Origin: Hamiltosporidium tvaerminnensis FI-OER-3-3
Lineage: Eukaryota > Fungi > Microsporidia
Assembly (NCBI GenBank): GCA_022605425.2
Contig: JAKIMF020000001.1
Location: 2,232,001 to 2,296,000 of the forward strand
DNA: 64,000 bases
Direction of reading: 5' to 3'
This document shows, in pieces, positions 63,806-64,000 of the stretch (position 1 is its first letter; each line of letters starts with the position of its first letter). The notes below the pieces were generated by a model that saw only the letters and a list, made by a program, of their open reading frames with translations, ran no database searches and had not been told where the DNA came from. Position numbers and translations under genes: made by a program.

Positions 63806-64000
63806 GACCTCCGTCTATATTTCTACGAAAATATTTAACAATCAATAAAAATATGTTTAATTAACAGAAACACTAAATATCCGACTTTCAAATTTAGCGG
63901 AACAACCTCAAGCAATGATCATAAAAAATTTCAAATTCATGCCGGATAGAGAGATAGATAGAAGATATAAGAGTGAAATAATCTGTAGAAAAAAGAGCAT

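Overview
Very AT-rich, gene-sparse eukaryotic DNA, most consistent with a large-genome microsporidian (inference: intronless divergent housekeeping genes, CCC/GGG motifs just upstream of ATGs). About 10 host protein genes are present: dCMP deaminase, PP4/PP6-type phosphatase, TAF12-like, CCT3, NF-YB, Pus1/TruA, a signal-peptide kinase, a Nup82/88-like candidate, two paralogous membrane-anchored proteins and a multipass membrane protein, plus one tRNA-Val(CAC). Much of the rest is mobile DNA: one apparently full-length R4/Dong-like RLE non-LTR retrotransposon with a 12-bp TSD and about 10 truncated or decayed relatives, decayed RTE-clade LINEs (one with a degenerate twister-ribozyme 5' end), an RTE-derived bipartite mini-element, and a Buster-type hAT derivative. 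The most notable observation is a family of non-coding, highly structured, TSD-flanked retroposed RNAs. A ~730-nt long form (4 good copies, 1 decayed) and a ~215-nt short form (5 copies) share a ~110-nt non-tRNA head but have different bodies and tails, suggesting a modular SINE-like system that borrows LINE enzymes. All calls are from reading the sequence by eye; no searches or folding programs were run.
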